Assembly (NCBI GenBank): GCA_910587895.1 | Contig: CAJUOE010000039.1 | Span: 1,711-65,710, forward strand | Length of the DNA stretch: 64,000 nucleotides | Direction of reading: 5' to 3' | DNA from: an uncultured Lachnospiraceae bacterium | GTDB lineage: Bacteria; Bacillota; Clostridia; Lachnospirales; Lachnospiraceae | Program-made: the position numbers and the translations under genes | The notes under the pieces: generated by a model | Seen by the model: the letters and a program-made list of their open reading frames with translations, nothing else | Told to the model about the DNA's origin: nothing | The model's database searches: none | Part shown: piece by piece, positions 52,572-62,854 of the stretch | Layout: the number at the start of each line of letters is the position of its first letter | How positions within the stretch are numbered: position 1 is the first letter of the stretch

Positions 52572-52632
52572 ACGAATTATCTTAGAATAGCCGTAGTTGT
52601 AAAGAGAGAAAATCGTTAGCAGGAGAGGAATC

Positions 52633-54075
52633 ATGGCGAAAGACAAGAAATTAGTAGAGGCCATCACATCTATGGATGTTGATTTTGCACAGTGGTATAC
52701 AGATGTGGTAAAAAAGGCTGAGTTGATTGATTATTCCAGTGTCAAAGGCTGTATGGTAATCAAACCGGCAGGATATGCGATCTGGGAAAATATTCAGAAT
52801 GAATTGGATCGAAGGTTTAAAGAGACAGGGGTAGAGAACGTTTATATGCCGATATTTATCCCGGAAAGCCTGCTCCAGAAGGAGAAAGACCACGTAGAAG
52901 GATTTGCACCGGAGGTAGCCTGGGTGACGCATGGCGGTTTGAATCCATTGCAGGAGAGGATGTGTGTGCGTCCGACATCGGAGACACTGTTTTGTGATTT
53001 TTATGCAAACGATATCCAGTCCTACCGCGATTTGCCGAAATGTTATAATCAGTGGTGTTCCGTGGTGCGCTGGGAGAAGGAGACAAGGCCTTTCCTGCGT
53101 TCACGTGAATTCTTGTGGCAGGAGGGACATACTGCGCACGCGACGGCAGAAGATGCTGAAGAGCGTACGATACAGATGTTGAACCTCTATGCTGATTTTT
53201 GTGAGGAAGTTCTGGCGATGCCGGTAATCCGGGGAAGGAAGACGGAGAAAGAGAAATTTGCAGGTGCGGAATCGACCTATACGATTGAGGCATTGATGCA
53301 TGACGGCAAGGCATTGCAGTCCGGTACCAGCCACAATTTCGGTGATGGTTTTGCGAAAGCATTTGATATTCAATATACAGACCGTGACAACAAATTACAA
53401 TATGTGCATCAGACCTCCTGGGGCGTGAGTACCCGTATGATTGGAGGAATCATCATGGTACATGGGGATGATTCCGGTCTTGTACTGCCGCCAAGGATTG
53501 CACCTGTGCAGGTCATGGTGATACCGATCCAGCAGCATAAGGATGGTGTGCTGGAGAAGGCAGAAGAGTTAAAGTCTGCATTAAAGGCAGCGGGTATCCG
53601 TGTGAAGTTGGATGACAGTGAGAAAAGCCCCGGCTGGAAATTCTCAGAACAGGAGATGCGCGGCATCCCGATTCGCGTGGAGCTTGGTCCCAAAGATATT
53701 GAGGCGGGAAAATGTATCCTTGTGCGCCGTGATACGCGTGAAAAGCTGGAATGTGGGTTGGATGAGGTTTCAAAGAAAGCAGCGGAGTTATTGGAAACAA
53801 TTCAAAAAGATATGTATGCGCGCGCAAAAGCACATCTGGAGTCCCATATTACAGATGTAAAATCTTATGCAGCGTTCAAAGACGCAGTGGAACATAAGCC
53901 AGGATTTATCCGCGCTATGTGGTGCGGCAGTGAGGAATGTGAAAACAAGATTAAAGAAGACACTACGGCAACCTCGCGTTGTATGCCAATGAAAGAGGAG
54001 GAGCCAGTTTCAGACGTATGCGTTTGTTGTGGGAAACCGGCGCATAAACTTGTGTACTGGGGAAAAGCTTACTAA
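52633..54075 (+). CDS. proS: Proline--tRNA ligase (archaeal/eukaryote-like type, no INS editing domain)
   Basis: 480 aa. Class II motifs (FRDLP-like [23 protein letters not shown]), an anticodon-binding domain, and the C-terminal Zn-type [15 protein letters not shown]. Confidence 0.95.
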   Translation: MAKDKKLVEAITSMDVDFAQWYTDVVKKAELIDYSSVKGCMVIKPAGYAIWENIQNELDRRFKETGVENVYMPIFIPESLLQKEKDHVEGFAPEVAWVTHGGLNPLQERMCVRPTSETLFCDFYANDIQSYRDLPKCYNQWCSVVRWEKETRPFLRSREFLWQEGHTAHATAEDAEERTIQMLNLYADFCEEVLAMPVIRGRKTEKEKFAGAESTYTIEALMHDGKALQSGTSHNFGDGFAKAFDIQYTDRDNKLQYVHQTSWGVSTRMIGGIIMVHGDDSGLVLPPRIAPVQVMVIPIQQHKDGVLEKAEELKSALKAAGIRVKLDDSEKSPGWKFSEQEMRGIPIRVELGPKDIEAGKCILVRRDTREKLECGLDEVSKKAAELLETIQKDMYARAKAHLESHITDVKSYAAFKDAVEHKPGFIRAMWCGSEECENKIKEDTTATSRCMPMKEEEPVSDVCVCCGKPAHKLVYWGKAY

Positions 54076-54126
54076 AATAAGCGGGTAATGTATGTTGGAA
54101 TTTTACAGATGAAAATCTAACAGAGT

Positions 54127-54165
54127 AAGGCTGCATCGATATCAATCTATCTGATGCAGCCTTTT
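54127..54165 (+). terminator. Rho-independent terminator of proS
   Basis: AAGGCTGCATC..GATGCAGCCTT stem followed by TT(TT). Confidence 0.7.
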
Positions 54166-54354
54166 AAGATATACTGTCCATGGGACTTTCCTCATTCTTT
54201 CTGAAATCTCAAATTCTCTATCCGAAATTTTTTCGCCACTGAATCTTTTGTATGTATCCATATCTGAACGTTTCCGGCTGGAAGTGCATACCATTTTTTC
54301 ATTCTCTTTCAGGGATTCGTTATGAAAATTCTTGATTTCTATTTTAATCATCAA
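54142..54354 (-). CDS. Doubtful 70-aa ORF, probably the tail of a decayed gene
   Basis: No RBS. Broken coding-looking frames continue upstream on the same strand (54360-54720). Confidence 0.2.
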   Translation of the reverse strand: MMIKIEIKNFHNESLKENEKMVCTSSRKRSDMDTYKRFSGEKISDREFEISERMRKVPWTVYLKRLHQID

Positions 54355-55091
54355 ATCTTTTTTAATTATTACTTCTGCAAATTCCAGCTCTTTCTTTCAA
54401 TTTGAATCGTTGCTGCCTGTGAATCGTTCCGCCGATTTCTCCATTCCGAAAATACAAGGTCGGATGCTTTCGCGTTGGTAATATTTCACTATATATTTTC
54501 CTGGGATGTGGCAGTTATCGTTGTGGATGAACCGCTCCTCTTCCTTTTAGAAAACTTCCAGTTTCATGTTGCCGTTCGGGAGAAGAACCTTATTGTAATT
54601 TCCCATTCCAGAAATCCGGGTTCCTATCAATGACAATCGACTGATTCATCTCAAAAGTGTAAGTTCCTTCGTCTGCTTTGGTAAAATTTGTTTAAAGATT
54701 TAATGGTAATTCCTGTATCTCTCTGTGTTCATTATCCGGAGAGAATATCAATTGATCTGTTCGGTGGACTGTACCTCTCTTTCTTAAATTATGGGGTAGT
54801 TCGTTATGTTTTGATTGGACTGTACCTCCTGTTCTTGTTTGTTTCTTGTTGTTTGTTTTGATGTGTTTATTATATCTAACAAAAAAGAAAAAGTCAACAA
54901 CTTTTTTAAAAATTACATATTAAACATACTTATAATAAAAAACAGATAAATAAGTATGTGAATATTCTGAAAATTTAAATGCAGGAGACGGAAAAACCAT
55001 GGTATTTTACTTGTACGGGAAATCCTGTCTGCCTCGCAGGCAATCCCCCTGATTTCATAGAAAATTCATAATTAGTTCACGGGTTTAAGTA

Positions 55092-55120
55092 TTGTTTAAC
55101 GGCAGTGAAAGTGTTACAAT
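55092..55120 (+). promoter_or_regulatory. Sigma-A type promoter candidate (extended -10) of secA
   Basis: TTGTTT, 17 nt, TGtTACAAT, about 75 nt upstream of the secA ATG. Confidence 0.4.
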
Positions 55121-55194
55121 GTAAGAAGTTGTCCGTGTAGACGGAAGTAAGATATGGCAGGTTCCTGCCGGAATAAATATAGGAGCATTGTAAG

Positions 55195-57759
55195 ATGAAT
55201 ATTGTAAGCAAAGTATTTGGCACACATAGCCAGCGGGAATTGAAAAGGGTCTATCCGATTGTAGATAAGATCGAGTCGTACCGCACGGCTATGATGGAGT
55301 TGACAGATGACCAGTTAAAGGATAAGACGAAGGAATTTAAGAAACGTCTGGAAGATGGACAGACACTGGATCAGATTCTTCCGGAGGCCTATGCGGCAGT
55401 CCGGGAGGCAGCCAGAAGGTCTATCGGTATGGAGCATTACCGGGTACAGCTGATTGGCGGCGTGATTTTGCATCAGGGACGTATCGCGGAGATGAAGACC
55501 GGTGAAGGTAAGACGCTGGTGTCCACGCTTCCGGCATATTTAAATGCCCTGGAAGGCAACGGCGTCCACATTGTCACGGTCAATGATTATCTGGCAAAGC
55601 GTGATGCGGAGTGGATGGGAAAAGTACATGAGTTTCTGGGTCTTAATGTCGGCGTTGTTCTGAACTCCATGGATAATGACGAGAGAAGAGAGGCGTATAA
55701 CTGCGATATTACCTATGTTACGAATAATGAGCTGGGCTTTGATTACCTGCGTGACAATATGGTAATTTATAAGGAACAGCTTGTACAGCGTGATTTGTGC
55801 TATGCGATTATTGACGAGGTCGATTCCGTGTTGATTGACGAGGCGCGGACGCCGCTTATTATTTCCGGCCAGAGCGGGAAATCCACCAGCCTGTACGAGG
55901 CCTGTGATATTTTGGCAAGGCAGATGGTACGTGGCGAGGATATGCCGGAATTCAGCAAGATGGACGCCATTATGGGTGTGGAACATGAGGAAACCGGAGA
56001 TTTCATTGTCAATGAAAAAGACAAAGTGGTAAACCTGACGGAACAGGGTGTCAAGAAAACGGAGAAGTTCTTCCGCATTGAGAACCTTGCAGATGCGGAT
56101 AACCTGGAGATCCAGCATAATATTATCCTGGCTTTGCGCGCCCACAATCTGATGTTCCGCGACCAGGATTATGTGGTACAGGACGAGAAGGTTGTAATTG
56201 TAGATGAATTCACCGGACGAATTATGCCGGGACGTCGTTATTCGGACGGCCTGCATCAGGCAATAGAAGCGAAAGAGCATGTTAAGGTGAAACGTGAGAG
56301 CAAGACGCTGGCAACGATAACCTTCCAGAATTTCTTTAATAAATATAAGAAGAAGTCCGGCATGACAGGTACGGCATTGACGGAGGAAAAGGAGTTCCGT
56401 GATATTTATGGCATGGACGTTATTGAGATTCCGACCAACAAGCCGGTGCAGAGGAAAGATTTGCAGGATGCCGTATATAAGACGAAGAAAGAGAAATTCC
56501 GCGCCGTTGTGGAGGAAATCAAAAAGGCTCACGAAAAGGGACAGCCTGTATTGGTTGGAACGATTACGATTGAGACTTCAGAATTACTCAGCGGCATGTT
56601 GAAACGAGAAGGAATTCAGCATAAGGTATTGAATGCAAAATTCCATGAGATTGAGGCTGAGATCGTGGCAGAGGCAGGACAGCATGGAGCGGTTACGATT
56701 GCAACGAACATGGCAGGCCGTGGAACGGATATTAAGCTGGATGATGACGCGAAGGCAGCGGGGGGATTGAAGATCATCGGTACCGAGCGCCATGAATCGA
56801 GACGTATTGACAATCAGCTGCGCGGTCGTTCCGGTCGTCAGGGAGACCCGGGAGAATCCAAGTTCTTCATTTGTCTGGAAGATGATCTGATGCGCCTGTT
56901 TGGCTCTGAAAAGCTGATGAACATGTTTAATACGCTGGGTGTGCCGGAGAATGAAGAGATTCAGCATAAGATGCTTACGAGTGCGATTGAGAAAGCGCAG
57001 ATGAAGATAGAGAGCAACAACTTTGGAATCCGTAAGAACCTGCTGGAGTATGATCAGGTCATGAACGAGCAGAGGGAGATTATCTATGCAGAACGCCGCC
57101 GCGTGCTGGATGGAGAGAGTATGCGCGATGTAATTTATAAAATGATTACAGACCGCGTGGAAAATACGGTAGATACCTGTATTTCGTCCGAACAGGAGAG
57201 TGAAGAGTGGGATTTGAATGAGCTGAACCAGCTTCTGATTCCGATTATCCCTCTGAAGGAGGTAACGCCTGAGGATGTTAAGGGAATTCGTTCCAATGAA
57301 TTGAAACATATGCTGAAGGAGCAGGCTGTCAAAGCGTATGAGATGAAAGAAGCAGAATTTCCGGAACCTGAGGCAGTTCGCGAGTTAGAGCGTGTGATTC
57401 TGCTTAAGGTGATTGACCGCAAATGGATGGATCATATTGACGACATGGATCAGCTGCGTCAGGGAATTGGCTTGCAGGCGTATGGACAGCGGGATCCGCT
57501 GGTTGAGTATAAGATGAGCGGTTACGATATGTTTGACGGTATGATTGCCAATATTCAGGAAGATACCGTGCGTCTGCTGTTCCATGTACGGATTGAGCAG
57601 AAAGTGGAACGTGAGCAGGTGGCAAAGGTTACCGGGACGAACCGGGATGAATCAGCGCCGAGGGGACCGAAGAGAAGAGAGAATGCCAAGGTATATCCGA
57701 ATGATCCCTGTCCTTGCGGCAGTGGCAAGAAGTACAAGCAGTGCTGCGGCAGGAAGTAG
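55195..57759 (+). CDS. secA: Preprotein translocase ATPase SecA
   Basis: 854 aa. Walker [16 protein letters not shown] box, [10 protein letters not shown], and the C-terminal zinc motif [14 protein letters not shown]. Confidence 0.97.
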   Translation: MNIVSKVFGTHSQRELKRVYPIVDKIESYRTAMMELTDDQLKDKTKEFKKRLEDGQTLDQILPEAYAAVREAARRSIGMEHYRVQLIGGVILHQGRIAEMKTGEGKTLVSTLPAYLNALEGNGVHIVTVNDYLAKRDAEWMGKVHEFLGLNVGVVLNSMDNDERREAYNCDITYVTNNELGFDYLRDNMVIYKEQLVQRDLCYAIIDEVDSVLIDEARTPLIISGQSGKSTSLYEACDILARQMVRGEDMPEFSKMDAIMGVEHEETGDFIVNEKDKVVNLTEQGVKKTEKFFRIENLADADNLEIQHNIILALRAHNLMFRDQDYVVQDEKVVIVDEFTGRIMPGRRYSDGLHQAIEAKEHVKVKRESKTLATITFQNFFNKYKKKSGMTGTALTEEKEFRDIYGMDVIEIPTNKPVQRKDLQDAVYKTKKEKFRAVVEEIKKAHEKGQPVLVGTITIETSELLSGMLKREGIQHKVLNAKFHEIEAEIVAEAGQHGAVTIATNMAGRGTDIKLDDDAKAAGGLKIIGTERHESRRIDNQLRGRSGRQGDPGESKFFICLEDDLMRLFGSEKLMNMFNTLGVPENEEIQHKMLTSAIEKAQMKIESNNFGIRKNLLEYDQVMNEQREIIYAERRRVLDGESMRDVIYKMITDRVENTVDTCISSEQESEEWDLNELNQLLIPIIPLKEVTPEDVKGIRSNELKHMLKEQAVKAYEMKEAEFPEPEAVRELERVILLKVIDRKWMDHIDDMDQLRQGIGLQAYGQRDPLVEYKMSGYDMFDGMIANIQEDTVRLLFHVRIEQKVEREQVAKVTGTNRDESAPRGPKRRENAKVYPNDPCPCGSGKKYKQCCGRK

Positions 57760-57786
57760 TAATATAGTATAGATTAAGGCAAGAAG

Positions 57787-57830
57787 TAAAAAGAACCGAA
57801 TCGTCTGTAATAGATGATTCGGTTCTTTTT
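57787..57830. terminator. Bidirectional terminator between secA and the MCP gene
   Basis: Perfect 12-bp stem AAGAACCGAATC..GATTCGGTTCTT flanked by an A run and a T run. Confidence 0.8.
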
Positions 57831-57870
57831 GTATGATGAGATTTCAAACGGTTTTTGGTGAAAATGTAAG

Positions 57871-59634
57871 TTAGTCTTCTGCTGCGATTTCTTCCTGTAC
57901 TTCTTCGTCCGTCTCCTCCACGTTGTTGTACTCGCTTTTATCCGGTAATACGAAATGTCCGATAAGCTCGTCGAGGACAGATGCCTGCGCGGATAATTCT
58001 TCGCTGGTTGCTGCAGATTCTTCGGCTGTAGCGGCATTGCTCTGAATGACTTCTGAAATGACATTGATGCCGGATTCTACACGGCGCATTGCCTCTGTCT
58101 GGCTTTCCATCATGACTTTCAGATTTCTGGAGAAATCTGCAGTTTCTTTGATGCCTTCTATTACGGACTGGATGGCATCGGCTGCATGTTCTGCCGCACG
58201 GTTGCCTTCATTTACTTCGTTGATTGATTTTTCGATCAGTTCTCTGGTATCAATGGCAGCCTGTGCGCTCTGGTTTGCCAGTTCACGGATTTCGTCAGCA
58301 ACAACTGCAAATCCCCGTCCGGATTCTCCGGCTCTTGCAGCCTCTATGGAGGCGTTCAGGGACAGGAGGTTGGTCTGTGAGGCAATGGACTCAATCTCGG
58401 AAATGATATTTCCAATTCCGGTTGTGGCAGCGTTGATGCGCTCCATGGCAGTCATCATGCTGTTCATTTCCTGGCGTGTATTATCTGCTTCGCTTGCATA
58501 TAACTGTGCTTTTTCGTAAGATTCGTCTGCGCTGTTGGCGCCGCTTTCCATATTGGAAGTGACATCGGAAATTGTCTCATGCAGTTCCTGTACGGAGATG
58601 CTCTGGTCGGTTGCTCCTTCCGCAAGCGCCTGAGATGCCTGTGCCAAGGAGTCCGAGCCGGCAGATACCTGCGTGGATACTTCTCCGATGGCTAATAAGG
58701 TCTCTGACATCTGTCCCTTCAGGGAGCGCATTGACTGGTATAATTTCCGGAAGTCGCCGGTGTAGCGGTTTTCCGCGCCAGACTTGACGGCATAGTTGCC
58801 ATTTGACATTTCACGTAATACCTCTTCGATGTCGAAAATAATTTCATCTAACTTCTCAGCCATTTCCCGGGCGTCATTCTCAATGGCTTCTATTTCGTCG
58901 CCTGTTTTGATCATGGGGAAGGGAGCCGTCAGCTCGCCGTTGGCAAAAGTCTTAAAGCGTTCACCCAGACTTCCAAGAGGATCTGCTATCCGCTTGGAGA
59001 ATTTTTTGCCAAGCTTGGTTGACAGTACCATCGTTGCGCTTATAACAAGGAGAATTACGACAATCAGAATCCATAAGGAAATCGTCAGCATAGATGAAAG
59101 GCTGTTTCCTTCTTTTACTTTTACATCCAATAGTTCCGCCATCTGGTCGTATATGCTTTGGTAGATAGGAGCCAGTTCTGTCAATGCCATGTCCTGGGCC
59201 TGCTTGCAGAGTTCCCGGTCTGTGGTCGCCCCAAGTTCCATTATTTTATTATCCAGTTCCCAGTATGTATCCAGTTCAGCCTGTATTTCATCATAAGTGG
59301 CTCTGCCGCTTTTGGAAACGATCGTGTTCTCAATTTTGGCAAAAGATTCTTCGAAACTGGCTTTTAATTCACTGTGCTGCGCCACGACGGTTTCGATGGT
59401 ATCTTCGTCATCATAACCAATGGCTGCGCGCAGCGAAGAACGGATATCGGCAAACTCGAACATGGCAGTTCCAATGTCTCCTTGTGCAAATCCAAAGTTC
59501 TTCAACGCATAGGAATATCTGGTTGATATAACGACTAAAGAAATTAGGGTAAAAACCACTACCGCCGCCATAATGGATGCTATCTGGAAAAAAGACTTTG
59601 TCAGCCGTTTTTCTATGTTCTCTTCGTAATTCAT
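57871..59634 (-). CDS. Methyl-accepting chemotaxis protein (four-helix-bundle sensor, HAMP, MCP signalling domain)
   Basis: Two TMs and a HAMP domain. Conserved hairpin [44 protein letters not shown]. Confidence 0.9.
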   Translation of the reverse strand: MNYEENIEKRLTKSFFQIASIMAAVVVFTLISLVVISTRYSYALKNFGFAQGDIGTAMFEFADIRSSLRAAIGYDDEDTIETVVAQHSELKASFEESFAKIENTIVSKSGRATYDEIQAELDTYWELDNKIMELGATTDRELCKQAQDMALTELAPIYQSIYDQMAELLDVKVKEGNSLSSMLTISLWILIVVILLVISATMVLSTKLGKKFSKRIADPLGSLGERFKTFANGELTAPFPMIKTGDEIEAIENDAREMAEKLDEIIFDIEEVLREMSNGNYAVKSGAENRYTGDFRKLYQSMRSLKGQMSETLLAIGEVSTQVSAGSDSLAQASQALAEGATDQSISVQELHETISDVTSNMESGANSADESYEKAQLYASEADNTRQEMNSMMTAMERINAATTGIGNIISEIESIASQTNLLSLNASIEAARAGESGRGFAVVADEIRELANQSAQAAIDTRELIEKSINEVNEGNRAAEHAADAIQSVIEGIKETADFSRNLKVMMESQTEAMRRVESGINVISEVIQSNAATAEESAATSEELSAQASVLDELIGHFVLPDKSEYNNVEETDEEVQEEIAAED

Positions 59635-59831
59635 TTGTAATGTCCCCCTTTTGGAATATTGCGTGATTTATTTCTTGAATGTGAGAAAATAAATCAGATT
59701 TGTAATTATTATCTGAAACTTCAGATAATAAATTAATTACCATATATCCATTATAGACCTTTTAAGGAAAAAAACAATACGTAAAATGACTTTTATGTAG
59801 AAATATGAAAATTGCATACAGAGTGGCTGGA

Positions 59832-59894
59832 GCCAAAATTGACATGTTTGCAGCCAAAATTGACATGTTTGCAGTCAGAATTGACACGTTTGGA
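59832..59894. repeat. Three tandem 21-bp repeats upstream of spoIIID
   Basis: GCCAAAATTGACATGTTTGCA twice exactly (59832-59852, 59853-59873), then GTCAGAATTGACACGTTTGGA (59874-59894). Followed by the palindrome GACAGAagTCTGTC. Confidence 0.85.
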
Positions 59895-59984
59895 GACAGA
59901 AGTCTGTCCAAAATAAACACCGGTGTCATAACTGCCGTAAGTCTTTCATACATTATAAAAAAAGTAGTGTATGAGGGTATTTCG

Positions 59985-60245
59985 TTGAAAGGATACATAG
60001 AGGAACGGGCAGTGAATATTGCTAACTATATAATCGAGGAGAATGCAACCGTGCGGCAGACTGCAAAAAAATTCGGCATCAGCAAGAGCACGGTACATAA
60101 GGATGTCACAGAACGACTAACCCAGATTAATCCGACACTTGCCGCTGAAGCGCGCAAGGTTCTGGATGTCAATAAGTCAGAACGCCATATTCGGGGCGGT
60201 CTGGCAACCAGGGAAAAATACCTGCACCAAAAAGGGGCTGTCTGA
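59985..60245 (+). CDS. spoIIID: Sporulation transcriptional regulator SpoIIID
   Basis: 86 aa from the TTG at 59985 (GAGGG upstream). ..YIEERAVNIANYIIEENATVRQTAKKFGISKSTVHKDVTERL..INP.LA.E....L..NKSERHIRGG.AT is the SpoIIID HTH pattern. The 146-aa track ORF is an upstream extension with no RBS. Confidence 0.85.
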   Translation: MKGYIEERAVNIANYIIEENATVRQTAKKFGISKSTVHKDVTERLTQINPTLAAEARKVLDVNKSERHIRGGLATREKYLHQKGAV

Positions 60246-60344
60246 TACAGCCCCTATTTGTATGACAAAATAAATCAATAAAAATGATTAAATTTATCAC
60301 TATACAAGATGTTCTTTGTGTGTTAAGATAAGAAACATGAAAAA

Positions 60345-60686
60345 CGAGGAAGAGGAAGAGTAGCTGTGGCGGAACTTACAGAGAGCCATCGGTGGTGGAA
60401 GATGGCAGTGACAAGACAGTGAACTGGCCTTGGAGTTTCCGGCTGAAAAGATGGTACCAGGAGAGGCAGATTGAACTGTTTGCCGGGTGGGAAAGTAAGC
60501 CAGGACGGGTTCTCCCGTTACAGGGATATGCATGGAAGTGTGCGGCAGATTTTGAATGGAGAAATGCCGGGACAGGCACGGAGTGCAGATGAGGGCATGG
60601 AAACATGAAGTAGAGTGGTACCGCGCAGGATTGCATAATCTTTCGTCTCTATTATCGTCAGGATAGTGGATGCGGAGGATTTTTTC
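60345..60686 (+). promoter_or_regulatory. T-box leader (Leu specifier) with intrinsic terminator
   Basis: AGTA box (gAGTAg), AG bulge AGAGAG, distal-loop GGTGGTGGAA, and F-box CCGTTA (60514-60519). T-box core AGAGTGGTACCGCG (60612-60625). The candidate specifier loop ..GTGAACTGGCCTTGGAGTT.. contains only Leu codons (CUG/CUU). Terminator: 18-nt arms 60639-60656 / 60662-60679 (several G.U pairs) plus TTTTTT. Confidence 0.75.
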
Positions 60687-60780
60687 GTGTCTTCTGATTA
60701 TGACGATACGAAGAATTTTAAGATAATATAAAGTGAGCGGAAGCGGGGATGCCTGCTTTGTCATAAAAAGAATGGAGGAC

Positions 60781-62784
60781 ATGATGAAGAATTTTGAAAA
60801 GTATCAAAGACAGTATTTTATGCCGCCCCAGGTCACATATGACTGGGTAAAGAAGGAATATATTACCAGGCCGCCCATTTGGTGCAGCGTTGATTTGCGG
60901 GATGGCAACCAGGCGTTGATTGAGCCTATGAGCCTGGATGAAAAACTGGAATTTTTTCAGCTCCTTTTGGATGTCGGTTTTAAGGAGATTGAGGTAGGAT
61001 TTCCGGCAGCTTCCGATACGGAGTATAATTTTATGCGCACATTGATTGAGCGCGATATGATTCCTGATGATGTGACGGTGCAGGTATTGACGCAGGCGAG
61101 AGAGCATATCATCCGCAAGACCTTTGAGGCGGTAAAAGGCGCGCCTCATGCGGTGGTGCATCTGTATAATTCAACTTCCCTGGCACAGCGTGAGCAGGTA
61201 TTTAAAAAGAGCAAGGAAGAGATCAAGCAGATTGCGGTGGAGGGCGCCATACTGCTGAAACAGCTTGCAGATGAGACAGAAGGCAATTTTACCTTCGAAT
61301 ACAGTCCGGAAAGTTTTTCCGGGACAGAGGTGGATTATGCGTTGGACGTATGCAACGCTGTGCTTGATATCTGGCAGCCGACACCGGACAAAAAGGTGAT
61401 TATCAATCTGCCGACAACTGTGGAAAATGCCATGCCTCATATTTTTGCTGGGCAGGTAGAATATATGAGCAAGCATATGCATTTCCGTGAGAACGTCGTG
61501 CTTTCCCTTCATCCGCATAACGACCGCGGGGTTGGAATCTGTGATGCGGAATTTGGGATTCTTGCCGGTGCGGATCGGATTGAGGGAACCTTGTTTGGAA
61601 ATGGGGAGCGTACCGGAAACGTTGATATTGTGACGCTTGCAATGAATATGTTTTCCCATGGAGTTGACCCGAACCTGGATTTCAGCAATATGTCAAGGAT
61701 TGCTGAGATTTATGAGCGCTGTACGCGTATGCAGGTATCGCCCAGGCAGCCTTATGCCGGAGAGCTGGTGTTTACGGCATTTTCAGGTTCACACCAGGAT
61801 GCCATTGCCAAGGGAATGGCGTGCAGGGAGCAGAACATGGACGGGGCATGGACGGTGCCGTACCTGCCGATTGACCCCAAAGACGTGGGGCGCACGTATG
61901 ATTCCGACGTTATCCGTATCAACAGCCAGTCCGGAAAGGGAGGCGTCGCTTACATCCTTAAGCAGAATTATGGCATTGTGATTCCGGAGAAAATGCGGGA
62001 GGAAGTGGGTTATACCGTAAAGGGCGTTTCCGACCGTCGCCACATGGAGCTGTCTCCGAAATTAATTTATGATATTTTTGAGGAACACTATGTAAAAAAT
62101 ATGCCTCATTTTCAGATTACGGAATGCCATTTCAGGCAGAAAGACGGAATTCTGGCGGAGGCTACGCTTTCCCATGGCGGGCAGGTGCGGACCGTTACCG
62201 GAAATGGAAATGGACGCCTCGATGCAGTGAGCAATGCATTGAAACAGTATTTTAACATCAGTTATGAATTATCCGTATATGAGGAGCATTCGCTTTCCAG
62301 AGGCTCTTCCGCAAAAGCGGTTTCCTATGTGGGAATTTTGTGCAACAGCCAGATGTACTGGGGCGTGGGGATTGATGAGGATATCATTTCTTCCTCCATA
62401 GAGGCGTTATGCGTAGCGGTAAACAAGCTGGAGCATATTAAAAATACGGAACAGTGCCGGGATGAGCGGCTGAATGAAATTATGAACTATATCCAGGAGC
62501 ATTACCTGACTGTGACTTTGGATGAGCTGGCAGAAAAGTTGAATTTGTCCAAACCATATTTGTCCAAATACATCAAGGAGAAATCCGACAAAACATTTAG
62601 CGATATTGTGCGGAATGTCCGCATGAAAAAAGCGCGGGCGCTGTTGAAAAATACCAGTATGACCGTGGATAGCATTGCGGACAGCGTAGGTTACCAGAAT
62701 GTGGAGCATTTCAACCGTCTCTTTAAGAAAAAATATGATATGACGCCGGTGCAGTATCGCAATAGCAAACAGGGGATGAAGTAG
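60781..62784 (+). CDS. leuA: 2-isopropylmalate synthase (long LeuA type) fused at its C-terminus to an AraC/XylS-type HTH domain
   Basis: [34 protein letters not shown] and [10 protein letters not shown] LeuA regulatory-domain-like segment ends near ..[25 protein letters not shown]. The same ORF then continues with ..[64 protein letters not shown] (two AraC HTH motifs). Start at ATG 60781 or 60784. Confidence 0.8.
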   Translation: MMKNFEKYQRQYFMPPQVTYDWVKKEYITRPPIWCSVDLRDGNQALIEPMSLDEKLEFFQLLLDVGFKEIEVGFPAASDTEYNFMRTLIERDMIPDDVTVQVLTQAREHIIRKTFEAVKGAPHAVVHLYNSTSLAQREQVFKKSKEEIKQIAVEGAILLKQLADETEGNFTFEYSPESFSGTEVDYALDVCNAVLDIWQPTPDKKVIINLPTTVENAMPHIFAGQVEYMSKHMHFRENVVLSLHPHNDRGVGICDAEFGILAGADRIEGTLFGNGERTGNVDIVTLAMNMFSHGVDPNLDFSNMSRIAEIYERCTRMQVSPRQPYAGELVFTAFSGSHQDAIAKGMACREQNMDGAWTVPYLPIDPKDVGRTYDSDVIRINSQSGKGGVAYILKQNYGIVIPEKMREEVGYTVKGVSDRRHMELSPKLIYDIFEEHYVKNMPHFQITECHFRQKDGILAEATLSHGGQVRTVTGNGNGRLDAVSNALKQYFNISYELSVYEEHSLSRGSSAKAVSYVGILCNSQMYWGVGIDEDIISSSIEALCVAVNKLEHIKNTEQCRDERLNEIMNYIQEHYLTVTLDELAEKLNLSKPYLSKYIKEKSDKTFSDIVRNVRMKKARALLKNTSMTVDSIADSVGYQNVEHFNRLFKKKYDMTPVQYRNSKQGMK

Positions 62785-62854
62785 TTTTTGCTTGTAAATA
62801 TATGTGGCGTCCATTATAATAGGGAGAAGATGAAACATACAGGAGGAAGAAGCG

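Noticed and set aside
59790-59825. Sigma-E promoter for spoIIID
   Set aside because: A CATACAGA element (59814-59821) resembles the CATACA-T -10, but I could not find a convincing -35 (ATATT-type) at 14-nt spacing. It is not reported as a feature.
59832-59894. CRISPR-like array (also considered for 45750-45854)
   Set aside because: The units are directly tandem with no spacers, there are only 3-5 copies of 21 bp, and no cas genes are present.
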